The notes under the pieces: model-generated | Database searches by the model: none | What the model saw: only the letters and a program-made list of their open reading frames with translations | Told to the model about the DNA's origin: nothing | Part shown: in pieces, positions 60,202 through 64,000 of the stretch | Layout of the letters: each line of letters begins with the position of its first letter | Position numbering within the stretch: the first letter of the stretch is position 1 | DNA from: Fidelibacterota bacterium | GTDB taxonomy: Bacteria; Fidelibacterota; UBA2242 | Length of the DNA: 64,000 nucleotides | Assembly: GCA_018002295.1 (NCBI GenBank) | Contig: JAGNGI010000004.1 | Coordinates: 3,345 to 67,344, forward strand | Direction of reading: 5' to 3' | Translations under genes and position numbers: made by a program

Positions 60202-61551
60202 ATGCAGAAAATCACCAGAAAAAATTTGACTTGCAGTAATCTGTTAAAATTGATATTGATTTTATTGATAATCGGGCAATTCTCTCCAATTTTAGTTGCT
60301 CGGGACACATCACGGGCGGCTTATTATCCCGATCCTACTCAATATCCCGACCATCTAATTCTTTCCTGGAGTGATGATCCCACCAGCACTCAATCGGTAA
60401 CCTGGCGCACAGACACCAGCATTAAATCTGCTTATGGTGAAATAGCGCTAGCCGATGCATCGCCCAACTTTGTTTATCAAGCCAAGCGAATACCTGCCAA
60501 GACCGAGCTCCTTAATTTCGATGGAAAAAGCGCCAATTATCATTCGGTAACTTTTACCGGTTTGCAATCAAATACATTATATATTTACCGGGTTGGTTCA
60601 GACAAGCGATGGAGTGAGTGGTTTCAATTCCGCACTGCGAGTAAAAAACCAGAACCATTTCGATTTATTTACTTAGGCGATGGGCAAGAAGATGTACTTT
60701 CTCTATGGTCACGAGCGATCCGCACTGCATATAAAAATGCGCCGGATGCGCGGTTTATCATTCATGGCGGTGATCTAGTCAATAATGCTCGTGACTATCC
60801 GGCTTTAAATGAATGGTTCACAGCCGCCAGCTGGATCAATGCCACGGTTCCGATTATGCCAGCAATTGGTAACCACGAATATTATGATGGAAATTGGGGC
60901 GAGCAATTTTTTATGCCGTACTGGCGGCCGCAATTCACTTTACCTTTAAACGGAATCGAGGAACTTCCTGAGACTAATTACTATTTCGATTTTCAGGGCT
61001 TGCGTGTGATTGTACTTAATTCCAATTTTGAGTTAGAGAAACAGGCGCAATGGTTGGAAGAAATTTTGAAAAATAACCCTAATAAATGGACGGTTGTAGC
61101 CTTCCATCATCCCATTTATTGCGGAGCTGAAGGTCGTGATTATCAGGAACTTCGTGATACCTGGAATCCAATTTTCATAAAATATAAGGTAGATTTAATT
61201 CTTAACGGTCATGACCACACTTATGCACGCGGAAATAATCCAGAGCGTTTGACTATTCGTCCTAATGATCCAACAGGACCGGTTTATGTTGTTTCAGTCA
61301 GCGGCCCAAAATTATATAATATTAATAAAATCCGCTGGATGGATCGTGCGGCAGAAAATACTCAACTCTATCAAATTATAACCATTAATGATAATATTCT
61401 CGATTATAAAGCCTATACCGTTACTGAAGAACTTTATGATGCTTTTCAAATCATAGAGAATTCTAAAGGTTACAAAGTCTTTTTTGATTTACAACCAAAG
61501 AATTTTCCAGAGAGAATGTATAAAAATACATTAAATGCACCAAATAATTAG
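60202..61551 (+). CDS. secreted metallophosphoesterase, purple-acid-phosphatase-like
   Basis: Signal peptide. PAP N-terminal Fn3-like region (LSWSDDPTSTQSVTWRTD). Calcineurin-like motifs GDGQEDV, IHGGDLVNN, GNHEYY, AFHHP and LNGHDHTYAR. Confidence 0.75.
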   Translation: MQKITRKNLTCSNLLKLILILLIIGQFSPILVARDTSRAAYYPDPTQYPDHLILSWSDDPTSTQSVTWRTDTSIKSAYGEIALADASPNFVYQAKRIPAKTELLNFDGKSANYHSVTFTGLQSNTLYIYRVGSDKRWSEWFQFRTASKKPEPFRFIYLGDGQEDVLSLWSRAIRTAYKNAPDARFIIHGGDLVNNARDYPALNEWFTAASWINATVPIMPAIGNHEYYDGNWGEQFFMPYWRPQFTLPLNGIEELPETNYYFDFQGLRVIVLNSNFELEKQAQWLEEILKNNPNKWTVVAFHHPIYCGAEGRDYQELRDTWNPIFIKYKVDLILNGHDHTYARGNNPERLTIRPNDPTGPVYVVSVSGPKLYNINKIRWMDRAAENTQLYQIITINDNILDYKAYTVTEELYDAFQIIENSKGYKVFFDLQPKNFPERMYKNTLNAPNN

Positions 61552-61561
61552 GATTGTATAA

Positions 61562-61801
61562 ATGAAATACGACAAAGACAAAGTCGATAATATGATTTTA
61601 GCTCTTTTATTTCTTACTAGTTCATCTGATCAATATGGTACTAAAGCATGGAAAGGATTTGACTTTGAGGCTTTGGATCGTTTATATCAAAAAGGTTTAA
61701 TTAGTGACCCTAAAGATAAATCAGCAACTGTATCATTAAGTGAAAAAGGTGCAAAATTATCTAAAGAATTGTTCTTCAAGTATTTCGTTATTAAAGATTG
61801 A
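61562..61801 (+). CDS. small conserved-looking hypothetical protein (79 aa)
   Basis: ORF 11 nt after the previous stop. Pattern …ILALLFLTSSSDQYGTKAWKGFDFEALDRLYQKGLISDPKDKSATVSLSEKG… resembles a small DUF family I cannot name with certainty. Confidence 0.4.
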   Translation: MKYDKDKVDNMILALLFLTSSSDQYGTKAWKGFDFEALDRLYQKGLISDPKDKSATVSLSEKGAKLSKELFFKYFVIKD

Positions 61802-62080
61802 AATATATTTCAATAATTAATTGATATTCAGAGAATTGTTATTACTAATAATAGCATTTTATAAAAACACAGTCCAAGAATATAATTCATTAATAGTATA
61901 ACAGAAGGTAGGAAGAGGAAAATCAATTCTATCCTATATATAACTTCTTTAAATTTATCTGCAACTATACATAATATATCTTATGCGTATATTGATTTTA
62001 GAGCATTTTTAGACATTTGTAAGTATCATTCAATTCATTTTGAATTATGCCACTGTTGATTAAATTCCCAGTTATATGAT

Positions 62081-63160
62081 ATGTATAAAAAAATTATTTT
62101 GTTAATGTTAATTGTTGTAATCAATGCCAGCGGCAATGATTATGAATATTATTTCTACAATCCTGACCTTGATTATGGCTCTGAATCAATTTTTAACCCA
62201 ATTAGTTTGTTCATCAATGGTTCGTTTGATATTTTGCGAAATGGTGCTCACAATAAAAATATTTTTGACCAGCCATATAAAACCGGTTTTAATAATGTTG
62301 TTGATAATGTTTTGCATCCTATAGATAATATTAGAAATTATGGCGTTAAAAATTTTTTAAATCGTGAAATATTTAACCTTGAAGTAAATAAAAATGAATC
62401 CCAATTTTTACCCAACATCGGTTTACATTTGATTGGCAATGGTATGCAATATCGCAAATTAGCTGAATGGTATGATTACCATGAATATCCGAATCCTAAT
62501 CTATTATCAATAATAACTACAATATCATATCAATTGGTAAATGAAATCGTTGAAAATGGTTCATATTCAGGCACTAATGTAGATCCGATTTCAGATATGT
62601 TAATATTCAATCCATTAGGAATATTACTTTTCAGTACAAAAGCAGGACAAGAATTTTTCTCAACTAAAATACCGATTTACGATTGGTCGCTAAATCCCTA
62701 TTTTAATCCAAATAACTATTTTTTAGAGAATGCCGGCCAGCAATATGCCACAAAGATTAAGTTAAAAACGACTGATAAAAATGCGCTTTTTGGCTATTGG
62801 GGTGTTGTCTCTACTTTTGGAATTAGCCATACCGTAAATGAAACCGATGCGATATCATTTTCTGTCGGTGCTGTTGTGGCTAAGTTAAAGCCAAATGAAG
62901 AATTTTCTGGTCGTTTTATGATTCCGAACCTTGATTACGCTGTAGCTTTTTTCTATGATAGAAATAATTCATTACTCGGATCTTTAACTTTATTTGGTCC
63001 TAAGTTTTATAATCTTCGTCTGGAAATATTCCCGGGCATAATTGGATTTAAAAATTATAAACCAGGTTTTTTTATAGGAATTGGCGAGATGGATAATTTT
63101 CAGTTTGGAATCTCATTTCCCCCAATTCCTATTGGAATAATTGGAGAAATTAGCAACTAA
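62081..63160 (+). CDS. secreted hypothetical protein (359 aa), AT-rich gene
   Basis: Signal peptide (MYKKIILLMLIVVINASG). Asn/Tyr/Phe-rich with no recognisable motifs. Preceded by a ~280-bp very AT-rich spacer. Confidence 0.4.
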   Translation: MYKKIILLMLIVVINASGNDYEYYFYNPDLDYGSESIFNPISLFINGSFDILRNGAHNKNIFDQPYKTGFNNVVDNVLHPIDNIRNYGVKNFLNREIFNLEVNKNESQFLPNIGLHLIGNGMQYRKLAEWYDYHEYPNPNLLSIITTISYQLVNEIVENGSYSGTNVDPISDMLIFNPLGILLFSTKAGQEFFSTKIPIYDWSLNPYFNPNNYFLENAGQQYATKIKLKTTDKNALFGYWGVVSTFGISHTVNETDAISFSVGAVVAKLKPNEEFSGRFMIPNLDYAVAFFYDRNNSLLGSLTLFGPKFYNLRLEIFPGIIGFKNYKPGFFIGIGEMDNFQFGISFPPIPIGIIGEISN

Positions 63161-63172
63161 AATGGACATACT

Positions 63173-64000
63173 ATGAAAATATTATTAACAGGCGGTGCCG
63201 GGTATATCGGAAGCCATACATTGGTCGAATTGTTGAATCAAAACCATGAGATAACGGTTATTGATAATCTTTCCAATAGCAAAATAGAGTCTATAAAAAG
63301 AGTTAAGACTATAACTGGTAAGGAATTGATATTCAATAAGATTGACCTATGTAATATCATTGAACTTGAAAAAGTATTTTCTTCTAATCAATTCGAAGCA
63401 GTAATCCATTTTGCCGGTCTGAAAGCCGTCGGTGAATCCGTCCAAAAGCCCCTGCTTTACTATTATAATAACATTACGGGAACGATTAACCTATGCCAGA
63501 TGATGATTAAATACGATGTCAAGAACATCGTGTTCAGTTCTTCCGCTACCGTGTACGGCAATCCGACATCAGTTCCAATTACCGAAGATTTCCCAATCAA
63601 ACCTGCGAATCCTTATGGTAATACCAAATATATTATTGAAACGATTCTAAAAGACATTCAAATCGCTAATCCGGATTGGAATGTTATCATATTACGGTAT
63701 TTCAATCCAGTTGGTGCTCATGAATCCGGTTTAATCGGCGAAGATCCTAATGGCATTCCTAATAATTTAATGCCTTATATTTCTCAAGTCGCGGTAGGAC
63801 GTCTCCCCTATTTAAAGGTTTATGGAAATGACTACCCCACCAAAGATGGCACCGGTATCCGAGATTATATTCACGTTGTTGATTTAGCCCAAGGACATTT
63901 AAAAGCATTAGACAAATTACTGACAAATCCCGGTTATTGTATTTACAATTTAGGTACTGGACAGGGATATAGTGTGCTGGATGTAATTACAACTTTTGAG
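63173..64000 (+). CDS. galE: UDP-glucose 4-epimerase (partial, runs off window end)
   Basis: N-terminal Rossmann motif [15 protein letters not shown]. GalE-collinear catalytic YGNTKY motif in [12 protein letters not shown]… and …NPVGAH…. Confidence 0.85.
   Translation, partial: MKILLTGGAGYIGSHTLVELLNQNHEITVIDNLSNSKIESIKRVKTITGKELIFNKIDLCNIIELEKVFSSNQFEAVIHFAGLKAVGESVQKPLLYYYNNITGTINLCQMMIKYDVKNIVFSSSATVYGNPTSVPITEDFPIKPANPYGNTKYIIETILKDIQIANPDWNVIILRYFNPVGAHESGLIGEDPNGIPNNLMPYISQVAVGRLPYLKVYGNDYPTKDGTGIRDYIHVVDLAQGHLKALDKLLTNPGYCIYNLGTGQGYSVLDVITTFE

Overview
The window is a chromosomal segment of a roughly 40% GC bacterium. Several large secreted proteins end in the same type IX secretion (T9SS) C-terminal sorting domain, which suggests the Fibrobacteres-Chlorobi-Bacteroidetes (FCB) group or a related candidate phylum.

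Layout: nt 1-10.7k is a conserved housekeeping block (nusA 3' end, infB, DUF503, rbfA, truB, ribF, rpsO, pnp, M16 peptidase, aminotransferase, polysaccharide deacetylase). nt 10.8-14.0k holds a MerR regulator, tRNA-Pro(GGG), two glycan-related genes and a minus-strand tmRNA. nt 14.1-20.7k is a complete rnfCDGEAB operon extended by an RseC-like gene and the ApbE flavin transferase. nt 20.9-23.4k holds an MFS transporter and two orphan response regulators. nt 23.4-24.3k is an 880-bp non-coding region with two intrinsic terminators. nt 24.3-43.5k is the most unusual part: an alpha-glucan (starch) utilisation locus built from three GH13 amylases, a SusC-like TonB-dependent receptor with no SusD, two large T9SS cargo proteins, a PorV/PorQ-like barrel, an SSS symporter and a TrmB regulator. 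nt 43.9-46.7k is a mobile-DNA scar: an IS200/RAYT-like tyrosine transposase carrying in-frame microsatellites and a 30-bp perfect palindrome, a truncated DUF45 gene, a long hairpin, and an IS3-family element whose A9 slippery tract leaves orfB in the +1 rather than -1 frame. nt 46.7-49.7k is a CotH-kinase/LTD/T9SS protein. nt 49.9-56.7k is a galM-SSS-araB-araD-araA arabinose cluster, followed by a T9SS-CTD gene fragment. nt 57.3-64.0k holds a YiiX-type amidase, meso-DAP dehydrogenase, a Zn-ADH, a purple-acid-phosphatase-like esterase, small hypothetical genes and partial galE. No CRISPR array was seen.
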